Positions 1 to 8,550 of a DNA stretch of 64,000 nucleotides are shown here, piece by piece. Source of the stretch: an uncultured Paludibacter sp. (GTDB lineage Bacteria > Bacteroidota > Bacteroidia > Bacteroidales > Paludibacteraceae); NCBI GenBank assembly GCA_964559265.1, contig CAZLHC010000006.1, forward strand, positions 28,403-92,402, given 5' to 3'. A program made the translations under genes and the position numbers. Positions within the stretch are counted from its first letter, which is position 1, and each line of letters opens with the position of its first letter. The notes under the pieces are model-generated. The model was not told the DNA's origin. It worked only from the letters and a program-made list of their open reading frames with translations, and did not search any database.

Positions 1-345
1 CGGGAAACAGGTAAAAATCAACAACTTATTCCATATTTTATCTCCAGTCACCCCAATTGCGGTCCCGAAGATATGGCCGATTTGGCTATCCGTACTAAAA
101 ACCTGGACTTCAAGCTCGAACAAGTACAGGATTTTACACCAACTCCCATGACCGTGGCTACCGAAATTTATTATTCGGGATTTCATCCCTATACCCTGGA
201 GCCAATGTATACGCCGCGCACCAAACAGGAAAAACTCGAACAACGGCAGTTCTTTTTCTGGTATAAACCAGAGTACAAAAAAGATATTTACCGGACCCTG
301 CAAAAAATCAACCGACCGGATTTGATTCAGAAGTTGTTGAAGTAG
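1..345 (+). CDS. ygiQ: YgiQ/UPF0313 family radical SAM protein, 3' part (5' truncated by window edge)
   Basis: Frame 1 is open from base 1: RETGKNQQLIPYFISSHPNC...EQVQDFTPTPMTVATEIYYSG, matching the YgiQ C-terminal region; stop TAG at 343-345. Confidence 0.85.
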   Translation, partial: RETGKNQQLIPYFISSHPNCGPEDMADLAIRTKNLDFKLEQVQDFTPTPMTVATEIYYSGFHPYTLEPMYTPRTKQEKLEQRQFFFWYKPEYKKDIYRTLQKINRPDLIQKLLK

Positions 346-530
346 TTTGATAAATTGAAAGTATAATACCTGCTTTTTGCGATGTTTTGTAAGTATTAGA
401 GCGGATAATAATTGAATTTATTAAGTTGTTGAGCTTGAAAAAATCATTTTTCACCAAACGATACGTGCAAACTGCTGCATTTTGTTATTTTTGCAGTCCG
501 AAACAGGAAACAATATAAACTAAAAGATAA

Positions 531-1433
531 ATGAAGAAAATTCGTGCTGCCATCGTTGGATATGGCAATATTGGTAAAGCTGTACTCGAAGCTTTACATG
601 CAGCTCCCGATTTTGAAGTAGCGGGTGTGGTTCGACGTGCCGGTTCAATTGGAAACAATCCGCTGGAACTTACTGGTATACCGGTAGTTGACGATATTAA
701 AAAACTGGATGATGTTCAGGTGGCTGTTCTTTGTTCTCCTACCCGCAGTGTACCTGCACAGGCTGCCGAAATTCTGGCCTCAGGTATCAATACAGTCGAT
801 AGTTACGATATTCACAGCTCCATTTGGGATCTGCGTCAGCAGCTCGAGCCGGTTGCTCAATCCAACAATGCCGTAGCCATCGTTTCTGCCGGATGGGATC
901 CGGGAAGCGACTCGGTAGTTCGTGCCCTGCTCGAAGCAATGGCTCCTAAAGGTATTACGTACACCAATTTCGGTCCGGGTATGAGCATGGGACATACAGT
1001 GGCCGTAAAGGCAATTGCGGGCGTAAAAAAAGCTTTGTCGATGACTATCCCTACAGGTACCGGAATTCATCGTCGTATGGTGTATATCGAAGTGGAAGAT
1101 GGCTACAAATTCGACGAAGTGGCAACTGCAATAAAGACTGATGCGTATTTTGCTTACGACGAAACACATGTGAAACAAGTGGCCGATGTTGATAATCTGA
1201 TTGATATGGGACATGGTGTAAACCTGGTTCGCAAAGGGGTTTCAGGTACCACTTACAACCAGTTGTTCGAATTTAACATGAAAATAAATAATCCCGCACT
1301 TACCGGTCAAATTCTGGTTTCATGTGCCCGCGCTACCATGAAAGCTCGTCCGGGTGCATACACCATGATCGAAATTCCGATGATTGATATGCTGTACGGC
1401 GAAAAAGAAGAATTAATCAAACGATTGGTATAG
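531..1433 (+). CDS. ddh: meso-diaminopimelate D-dehydrogenase
   Basis: Rossmann GYGNIG, NTVDSYDIH, SAGWDPGSDS, TNFGPGMSMGH motifs. Confidence 0.95.
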   Translation: MKKIRAAIVGYGNIGKAVLEALHAAPDFEVAGVVRRAGSIGNNPLELTGIPVVDDIKKLDDVQVAVLCSPTRSVPAQAAEILASGINTVDSYDIHSSIWDLRQQLEPVAQSNNAVAIVSAGWDPGSDSVVRALLEAMAPKGITYTNFGPGMSMGHTVAVKAIAGVKKALSMTIPTGTGIHRRMVYIEVEDGYKFDEVATAIKTDAYFAYDETHVKQVADVDNLIDMGHGVNLVRKGVSGTTYNQLFEFNMKINNPALTGQILVSCARATMKARPGAYTMIEIPMIDMLYGEKEELIKRLV

Positions 1434-1470
1434 GGTGCTCACAGGATCATTAATGCTTTAAATACCCAGT

Positions 1471-1552
1471 CCTTCCACTCACTTATATGACATATATGGT
1501 AAAAAATGACAAATCATAATTTACCATATAAGTCATATCTGAGAGTAGAAGG
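1471..1552. repeat. Long imperfect inverted repeat (33-bp arms, 28/33 match) between convergent ddh and flippase
   Basis: Arms 1471-1503 and 1520-1552; 16-nt loop containing an atga/tcat mini-stem; no clear U-tract. Confidence 0.85.
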
Positions 1553-1560
1553 TTAAATTC

Positions 1561-2847
1561 TTATTCCTCCTCCCATTTTTTTGAATTTACAGCCTTACTG
1601 AAATAGTAACCCGCACTCAAATTGATTACTATCCCACTTAGTATAGTGGCAAAGGCAGCTCCCATCAATCCCCAAAAATGAATAAATACAGGGAAACTTA
1701 CCAGATTAAATCCCAGTGTAATAAGCGAAATATAACCATTGTATTCAATTTTTCCGAGTCCAAACAATGCGCTGCTTCGCAATTGCACCAGGCTTCGAAT
1801 ACTCCAGCCAATTCCTAAAAGATACAAATAGGGCACTGATGACGCATATTTATCAGCAAAAACCAACTCTAAAACAAGGGGCATGAGTGCCGTAAACGCA
1901 AGTAAACTAATTGCTACAACTCCATACAACAACCGGTTGTACCTGCTGAATAATGCTGAAAATTCAGCTCTGCTTTTACTTTTTTCCGAAAAATAAGGTA
2001 AAGTGATTTGATGAACGGTGGAAGGGAAAATGCGTAATGCAACTGTAAGTGTCAACGCAAAGCTGTAATAGCCAAGTTCCTGCATGTCGCTTATTAAAAA
2101 AGAAAGCAGTAAAATATCCACATAGGCCGATGCTTCGGAAGCAATATTCGAAAGTACCGATGATCGGGAATATTGGTGGTGATGTTTCAGAATCGTACGT
2201 TCCGGTTGAATCAATTTCTTGCTGAACAATCCTCCCGAAACTGCCATTGCTACCACTATCATTACTGCAAAGCTAAGGTTATAAGCTATATAATAACCTT
2301 TTATACCCATGTACCAGGTTAAGAGCACAATGCCTGCAATAGATAGAAACTTGTTTATCATCGTCAGGGTTGAAAACAGGCGGATGTTCTTATTTGCCTG
2401 AAAATAAGCCATCAGTAACATAAATAGAGAATTACTTATGAGCGGAAATAAGCCCAGTGGTAGTAGCGCTTTTATTAATTGATCCTTCGTGAACAATCCA
2501 AGGTAGTTGAGTAGAAGCAAAAGCAGATAAACCGTAACCGAACTCAAAAGTGTGAAGAAAAAGGCAGTGTTGAAGTAGCGCCGGTTTTCCTCAATCGACC
2601 TGCCTTCCGAGCATATTTTTAAGGTCGATGAATTGAGCCCCATTCCTGCTATAATGGAAAACAGCGATAAGTAAGTTTGAATAATTTTTATGCGGGCTAA
2701 ATCGTCGGGCGAAAGTATACCTGCAACAAACAACTGAGAGGCAAATGCCACCACTTGTATCAATACATTAGCCGAAAGCAGGTGAAAGAAGCCTTTCATT
2801 CGGATTTGATGCAGAAACTGACGTATATCAATGGCCTTCCTACTCAT
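1561..2847 (-). CDS. wzx: Polysaccharide/oligosaccharide flippase (Wzx-like, MOP superfamily)
   Basis: 428 aa, many hydrophobic TM segments, N-terminal LLSANVLIQVVAF, GYYSFA and WGLMGAAFAT motifs; next to a glycosyltransferase. Confidence 0.8.
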   Translation of the reverse strand: MSRKAIDIRQFLHQIRMKGFFHLLSANVLIQVVAFASQLFVAGILSPDDLARIKIIQTYLSLFSIIAGMGLNSSTLKICSEGRSIEENRRYFNTAFFFTLLSSVTVYLLLLLLNYLGLFTKDQLIKALLPLGLFPLISNSLFMLLMAYFQANKNIRLFSTLTMINKFLSIAGIVLLTWYMGIKGYYIAYNLSFAVMIVVAMAVSGGLFSKKLIQPERTILKHHHQYSRSSVLSNIASEASAYVDILLLSFLISDMQELGYYSFALTLTVALRIFPSTVHQITLPYFSEKSKSRAEFSALFSRYNRLLYGVVAISLLAFTALMPLVLELVFADKYASSVPYLYLLGIGWSIRSLVQLRSSALFGLGKIEYNGYISLITLGFNLVSFPVFIHFWGLMGAAFATILSGIVINLSAGYYFSKAVNSKKWEEE

Positions 2848-2852
2848 GGGTG

Positions 2853-3587
2853 CTAAAAGTGAGAAATTGCAATTAGTGTAGCAAAGTATTTTGTTGAATA
2901 TTGGCTGTTAATACCAAATATCTTTTTAAAACGGTTGGTAAGTTTCATAGGGTAGGGAAGTGCAACCCGGTCGGCTACAAGTAGTTCTAACGATGTGAAA
3001 CCACTTTTATACATCACCCTTCCCAATGTGTAAGGTGTGAAATGATACATATGATCGGAATTAATATCTTCGGTATTGCGCTGGATATCGTTTTTAAAAA
3101 GTCGATTAAAGCTATTGGGGACCGTAATTATCAATTCTGTTGCTTGTGGTTGAAGCTGATGTTTCAGTTGCTGAAGAAAATGTACCGGATTGTCGATATG
3201 TTCCAGAATTTCACCCATAACAACCACATCCCACTGCCGGTCGCTTAGTTTTTCTGGCAGAGCTTGTGTAATGTCGGCATGATAAACATCCTTCAACTTC
3301 AGTTCCCGGGTCATGAACTCAACAGCTTCTGTATTGATGTCTATTCCGGTACATTCAGTAGCCACCTCACACAATAATGCATGTAGCCATTTGCCTTGCT
3401 CTATTTTTTTATTGATAAGTGGAAGATGATCGGCACAGCCGATGTGTAATACCCGTTTATCTCTGCAAAGTTCCACAAGTATTTCAAGTCGGTTTTTCTC
3501 CTCGTAAACTTCTTTATATGGAATTTGCAAGGCATTCGAAAACTTATTACCATTTAAATAGGAAACAATTAAGGGCGAAAATTTCAT
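2853..3587 (-). CDS. Class I SAM-dependent methyltransferase
   Basis: VLHIGC, GIDIN and DVVVMGEILEHIDNP motifs typical of glycan-locus methyltransferases. Confidence 0.85.
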   Translation of the reverse strand: MKFSPLIVSYLNGNKFSNALQIPYKEVYEEKNRLEILVELCRDKRVLHIGCADHLPLINKKIEQGKWLHALLCEVATECTGIDINTEAVEFMTRELKLKDVYHADITQALPEKLSDRQWDVVVMGEILEHIDNPVHFLQQLKHQLQPQATELIITVPNSFNRLFKNDIQRNTEDINSDHMYHFTPYTLGRVMYKSGFTSLELLVADRVALPYPMKLTNRFKKIFGINSQYSTKYFATLIAISHF

Positions 3588-4774
3588 GAGAGTATCGTTT
3601 TGTAGAGATGAAAAATCGTTTGCCCCACACTTTGGTAGGAATATTTAGTCCGGGCAGCTTCCTGTAATTGAGGTGTATTATATTCCTGAAAATGATCCAA
3701 CATCTGAATTAGCGTTTGTTTTAACGTAGCCTCATCGCCTTTATTTAGTAAAATTCCATTCGAATCATCAATCATTTCAGGTATTCCGCCTACACGGGTA
3801 GCTATCACCGGCTTTCCACAGGCCAGGCTTTCGCTGATTACCACCGGTGCATTTTCATGATTGGAGAACAATACCATAAAATCGGATTCTTTTAACTGTT
3901 CCGAAATGGCTACCGGAGGCAGCTCGCCGGTGAATATCAAGCGATGCTCCGGGATGTGTAACCGGAGGGCCAACTCTTTCATTTTCTGAAAGTCTTTTCC
4001 AGTTCCAACAAGTATCAACCGAAAATCAGTTCTCTCTGTCATCAGTTGGGCTGTTACCCGTAAGATGCCGGAAATGTTTTTTTGTTCGTCGTCGAAACAT
4101 GAAACATGTATTAATTGAAGTTCGTCTGATTTACTGTTGGTCGAAACTTCAGCTTCGAAAAAATGATCCTCAACTACATTATTAACCACCTGGTAATTGT
4201 TGTTCTTTAATCCATGTCCTTGCATTGCTTTCCTTAAATCGTCGGATACAGGAAGTATACTGCTGGCATTCGCTACTGCAATTTTAGTGATTATTTTCCG
4301 GAAGAAGCCTTTGTACGACGATCGGGAAGGTAAATAACGCGTCCAATGCTCCGTAACCACAAAGGGAATTCGACGGGTGAGCTTAAGGTATAATGCAGGT
4401 AATGCAGTTCGTGTAAGTACATTTACATGTACAATATCAGGCCTTCCATAGCGCGAAAACACTTTCCGGATTCCGACAATGTAAGCTGCAACAAATTGAA
4501 TGGGTTTAATTATTTTTCGAAGAAAACCTGTTCCCGAAGGATAATATACAACTACTTCGTGTACCGCGTTAAAATTTTCGTACTTAATTTCTCTTTTTCT
4601 AATTCGTTCGTCGGCATGTACATAGAGTACAGTCACTTTGCAAAACCGGCTCACCGCATCGGCATGCTTACGAACAAAAAGTCCCGACATGGCATCATCG
4701 CGATTGGGGTACCAGGCCGAAAAAAATAAACTATGTAGTTTGTGTGTGGGCATGTTGATGTTAAATTTTTCCAA
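3584..4774 (-). CDS. GT4 (GT-B) glycosyltransferase
   Basis: ENAPVVISESLACGKPVIATRVGGIPEMI (EX7E-like), DIVHVN, TEHW. Confidence 0.9.
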   Translation of the reverse strand: MEKFNINMPTHKLHSLFFSAWYPNRDDAMSGLFVRKHADAVSRFCKVTVLYVHADERIRKREIKYENFNAVHEVVVYYPSGTGFLRKIIKPIQFVAAYIVGIRKVFSRYGRPDIVHVNVLTRTALPALYLKLTRRIPFVVTEHWTRYLPSRSSYKGFFRKIITKIAVANASSILPVSDDLRKAMQGHGLKNNNYQVVNNVVEDHFFEAEVSTNSKSDELQLIHVSCFDDEQKNISGILRVTAQLMTERTDFRLILVGTGKDFQKMKELALRLHIPEHRLIFTGELPPVAISEQLKESDFMVLFSNHENAPVVISESLACGKPVIATRVGGIPEMIDDSNGILLNKGDEATLKQTLIQMLDHFQEYNTPQLQEAARTKYSYQSVGQTIFHLYKTILS

Positions 4775-5639
4775 TTAAAAACGAGGGGCGTAATTGCTTA
4801 ATGATCCGGTAAGGCTGTTCGTTGGCACCAAAACCCCGGTAGAAGCGGGCTATGCCTTCAATCATCGAACCTTCAAAGTCGAAAATATTGTTCGTACCTG
4901 CATATTTTTTAATCAATTCGTCAACCAGCATAAACATTGCTGATTGCTGTTTACCTTGTTCCGAAGATACCGGAAATAAATAACTAATCCGTTGATTAAA
5001 AACACCATATGCTAACAATGCGTCGTAAGTTCCATCAGGGGCAACTACTGCACTACACCGTATATACCCCCGATCAAATCCTTCTTTTACGACTTTACCA
5101 ATTAACGATTGATTTACTTTTTTGTCGCGGTGTTCGCTCATATGGTATTTTTTTAAAAATAAATCACTATCGATTTCGACATAACTGTACACGTATTGAT
5201 GAGCTTTGGCGATATTTCGCCGGGTATTTTTCGAGTAGGTATTTCGTATTGATTCGTAATTCTTGCTAATATCCAGAATCAAATTGGGCATAGCAAGTCC
5301 TTCAGGTAAAGGATTGTTGTAATTCAAATTGATCTCATAACTAAAAGAGGGTAGTTTGGCAATAAACTTACGAAGAACAGATTCGGAAATTTTTTTGGCA
5401 GAAAATAAACCAAGTTGTTGTGCCAAAAATGGTTGAACGATGTAGGGTAATTTGTATTTATGCTTTACAGTAACAGGAAAAACATATTCATAATCGTTGG
5501 CTACGAGTGCATCCCAATCGGGAGCGATGCAGTCGAGGTACCACGAACAGGCATACAATAATCCATTTCCGGCTGCCAGGATCGCCTGATCCCATTTGTT
5601 CTTGTCGATCGACGAATGTTGTATGTAGTCAATTTGCAT
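4761..5639 (-). CDS. GNAT/FemAB-like fold protein of Bacteroidota glycan loci
   Basis: C-terminal FDFEGSMIEGIARFYRGFGA; start placed at MQIDY (5639), ORF extends to 5693. Confidence 0.65.
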   Translation of the reverse strand: MQIDYIQHSSIDKNKWDQAILAAGNGLLYACSWYLDCIAPDWDALVANDYEYVFPVTVKHKYKLPYIVQPFLAQQLGLFSAKKISESVLRKFIAKLPSFSYEINLNYNNPLPEGLAMPNLILDISKNYESIRNTYSKNTRRNIAKAHQYVYSYVEIDSDLFLKKYHMSEHRDKKVNQSLIGKVVKEGFDRGYIRCSAVVAPDGTYDALLAYGVFNQRISYLFPVSSEQGKQQSAMFMLVDELIKKYAGTNNIFDFEGSMIEGIARFYRGFGANEQPYRIIKQLRPSFLIGKI

Positions 5640-5776
5640 GAATAGGAGCTTGTTTTGGCTCAACAAAAGTACATTAATTAGCGTTAATTTCATAATTAAG
5701 AAAATAATTTTTTGTTTTTAAAAAAAAGGATGTAATTTTGGGGGCTGTTTCAACAGTATTGTAAACACATGCGAAT

Positions 5777-6142
5777 ATGCCTAAAGAAGTTTTAACAACG
5801 ACAGGTTCACTCTACAATGCACTTACCAATGGTAGTCGCATAGTTGGGAACATAGTTGCCGATCGTGATTTTCGAATCGATGGTGAGGTCCAGGGAGATG
5901 TACAATGTAACGGTAAAGTCGTGGTAGGCCAATCGGGAGTGTTAAGAGGGAAAATTACCTGCATAAATGCCGAAATAGGGGGTAAAGTGACGGGCGATAT
6001 TTCGGTAGTCGAATCGTTGACACTTCGTTCCACAGCTAACATTGAGGGTGATGTGAAAACAAAAACACTTGTTGTTGAACCAGCTGCAGTTTTTAATGGC
6101 ACCTGCAGCATGAAAGCGGCGCCGGATACTACAGTCGCATAG
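5777..6142 (+). CDS. Bactofilin (polymer-forming cytoskeletal protein, DUF583)
   Basis: Beta-helix repeats RIDGEVQGDV, GVLRGKITC, AEIGGKVTGDI, LVVEPAAVFNGTCSM. Confidence 0.92.
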   Translation: MPKEVLTTTGSLYNALTNGSRIVGNIVADRDFRIDGEVQGDVQCNGKVVVGQSGVLRGKITCINAEIGGKVTGDISVVESLTLRSTANIEGDVKTKTLVVEPAAVFNGTCSMKAAPDTTVA

Positions 6143-6216
6143 CGTTGAATAGATATCAACGCTTTTTTTTTTTAATGGATAGCGAAGAAAATAATTTTAT
6201 TCTGAAATTTAAATTA

Positions 6217-7209
6217 ATGGAATACAAAGCTTTAGTTGTTGAAGAGCTTAACGGCTCGTTCAAATCGTCGTTACAAATTACAGATAGTGAATCCTTTTTA
6301 CCTGCCGGGGAAGTATTGATAAGAGTGCATTTTTCGTCGTTAAATTACAAAGATGCACTTTCGGCAACCGGAAACAAGGGGGTTACCCGAAATTATCCAC
6401 ACACACCGGGAATTGATGCTGCAGGTGTTGTTCTGCAATCGTCGACCTGCAATTTTACACCTGGCGAAGAGGTTATTGTAACTGGTTTCGATTTGGGAAT
6501 GAATACTCCCGGAGGAATGGGGCAGCTGATAAGGGTCCCTGCTTCGTGGGTAGTAAAGCTTCCGGTTGGTTTGAGTCTGAAGGAAAGTATGATTTTCGGT
6601 ACTGCCGGATTTACAGCTGCTATATCGGTACTTCGGCTCACTGAAAAAGTAAAACCTGAACAAGGACCAGTGTTGGTTTCGGGAGCAACAGGAGGCGTAG
6701 GATCGATGGCTGTGGCCATGTTGTCGAAACTGGGCTATAACGTACACACCATCTCCGGAAAAGAATCCGAACACGAATTTCTATATTCATTAGGGGCAAC
6801 TTCCGTTTATCCCCGTTCCGAATTTCAGGAAGTTTCGCCAAAACCCTTACTCCCGGGTCGGTTTGCCGGAGGTGTTGATACAGTTGGAGGCGAAATTTTG
6901 GTAAATATGATTAAATCGATTCAACAGGACGGAGTGGTTACCACTTGCGGCAGTGTTTCGTCGGCTGTTCTCAATCTGAATGTTTTTCCTTTTATTCTCC
7001 GTGCAGTATCGTTAGTGGGTATTTCGGCCCAAAATTACCCGGCTCATCTTCGACCTGAACTTTGGAATTTGTTGGCCGGCGAATTCAAACCGGCGAATTT
7101 GATCGCGATGATGACGGAAATAAAACTTCAGGAAATCGAATATGCCGTACAGCAAATTCTGAAGGGCCAGCTGAAAGGACGTACCGTCATCAACCTTCTT
7201 GAAGAATAA
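6217..7209 (+). CDS. acuI: YhdH/AcuI family MDR oxidoreductase (putative acryloyl-CoA reductase)
   Basis: SSLNYKDAL, PGIDAAG, GTAGFTAA, VLVSGATGGVGS; start MEYKAL at 6217. Confidence 0.85.
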   Translation: MEYKALVVEELNGSFKSSLQITDSESFLPAGEVLIRVHFSSLNYKDALSATGNKGVTRNYPHTPGIDAAGVVLQSSTCNFTPGEEVIVTGFDLGMNTPGGMGQLIRVPASWVVKLPVGLSLKESMIFGTAGFTAAISVLRLTEKVKPEQGPVLVSGATGGVGSMAVAMLSKLGYNVHTISGKESEHEFLYSLGATSVYPRSEFQEVSPKPLLPGRFAGGVDTVGGEILVNMIKSIQQDGVVTTCGSVSSAVLNLNVFPFILRAVSLVGISAQNYPAHLRPELWNLLAGEFKPANLIAMMTEIKLQEIEYAVQQILKGQLKGRTVINLLEE

Positions 7210-7290
7210 AATTTTCATAATCCGGAAAAAAGTGCACTTTTGCATTCTGATTTCTTTAGTTAGTTAATTGTATCTTTTTATCAAATTCCG

Positions 7291-8517
7291 ATGGCATTAG
7301 CAAACGAAAATTATCTTAAAACTCCCGAAATCTATTGTTTCGACGATATAGATAAGCGTGTAAATGCCTACAAATTACTTCATCCCTCTACCAATATTAT
7401 CCGCCTGGGAGTAGGCGATGTAACCCGTCCTTTACCAGCTGAAGTGGTAAAAGCCATGCACAAATCGATCGACGAACTCAGTGTGGCCGAAACATTTCGT
7501 GGATATAGTCCTCCTCAGGGATACGATTTTTTAATCGATAAAATTCTGAAAGACTACCGAACGAGAGGGATTAGCTTAACTAAAGATTCGATTTTTGTTA
7601 GCGACGGTGCCAAATCGGATATTGGAAATATCGGTCATGTGCTGGGACGCGATAATATTATTGCTATTGCCGATCCGGTATATCCGGTCTACGAAAACGC
7701 AACGATAATGAGTGGCAGAGCAGGAATGCTTACTGATGAACAAAAATGGAGTAATATTGTGTACCTTCGATGTAGCGAAGAAACGAATTTCATTCCCGAA
7801 TTGCCCGAAGAAAGAGTGGATGTCATTTATTTATGTAGTCCGAATAATCCTACAGGGACTTCTCTGACAAAATCTGATTTAAAAAAATGGGTTGATTACG
7901 CTATTGAGCATCAGAGTATTATCCTGTTTGATGCTGCTTATCAGGCTTTTGTAACTCAGGGTGATGTTCCACGAAGTATATACGAAATTAAAGGAGCCCG
8001 TAAAGTGGCTATCGAAATACAAAGTTTTTCTAAGAGTCATGGATTTACCGGTTTGAGATGTGGTTACTCCGTTTTTCCGGAAGAATTGACTGTTTTTTCA
8101 CAGTCGGGCGAAGAAATCCCACTTATAAAACTCTGGAGCCGACGTAATGCAAATTATACCAACGGGGTTTCGTATCTCGTTCAACGTGCTGCCGAAGCAA
8201 CCTATACCCGTAAAGGAAAAGTTGAAATGCAGGATTTGGTAGCGTATTATCGTCGTAATACGGCCTTAATTCGAAGCCAGTTGCTTTCTGAAGGTTATAA
8301 AGTGTATGGCGGAGTTGATTCGCCTTATGTTTGGTTCCGAACTCCTGACGGATCGACCTCCTGGAAGTTTTTTCAGACACTGCTCTACGATTTCCAGATT
8401 GTGGCTACCCCCGGAGTAGTATTCGGACAAGCAGGGGAGGGCTACATGCGTTTTACGGGCTTCAGTAGTTATGAAGATACGCTGACTGCTCTTGAAAGAA
8501 TAAAAAACCAGTTTTAA
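7291..8517 (+). CDS. dapL: LL-diaminopimelate aminotransferase family (PLP)
   Basis: IIRLGVGDVTRPL, SDGAKSD, CSPNNPTG, SFSK (PLP lysine), GFTGLRCGY. Confidence 0.8.
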   Translation: MALANENYLKTPEIYCFDDIDKRVNAYKLLHPSTNIIRLGVGDVTRPLPAEVVKAMHKSIDELSVAETFRGYSPPQGYDFLIDKILKDYRTRGISLTKDSIFVSDGAKSDIGNIGHVLGRDNIIAIADPVYPVYENATIMSGRAGMLTDEQKWSNIVYLRCSEETNFIPELPEERVDVIYLCSPNNPTGTSLTKSDLKKWVDYAIEHQSIILFDAAYQAFVTQGDVPRSIYEIKGARKVAIEIQSFSKSHGFTGLRCGYSVFPEELTVFSQSGEEIPLIKLWSRRNANYTNGVSYLVQRAAEATYTRKGKVEMQDLVAYYRRNTALIRSQLLSEGYKVYGGVDSPYVWFRTPDGSTSWKFFQTLLYDFQIVATPGVVFGQAGEGYMRFTGFSSYEDTLTALERIKNQF

Positions 8518-8550
8518 ACCAATAATAGTAACTTAACCAAAATTAACAAG

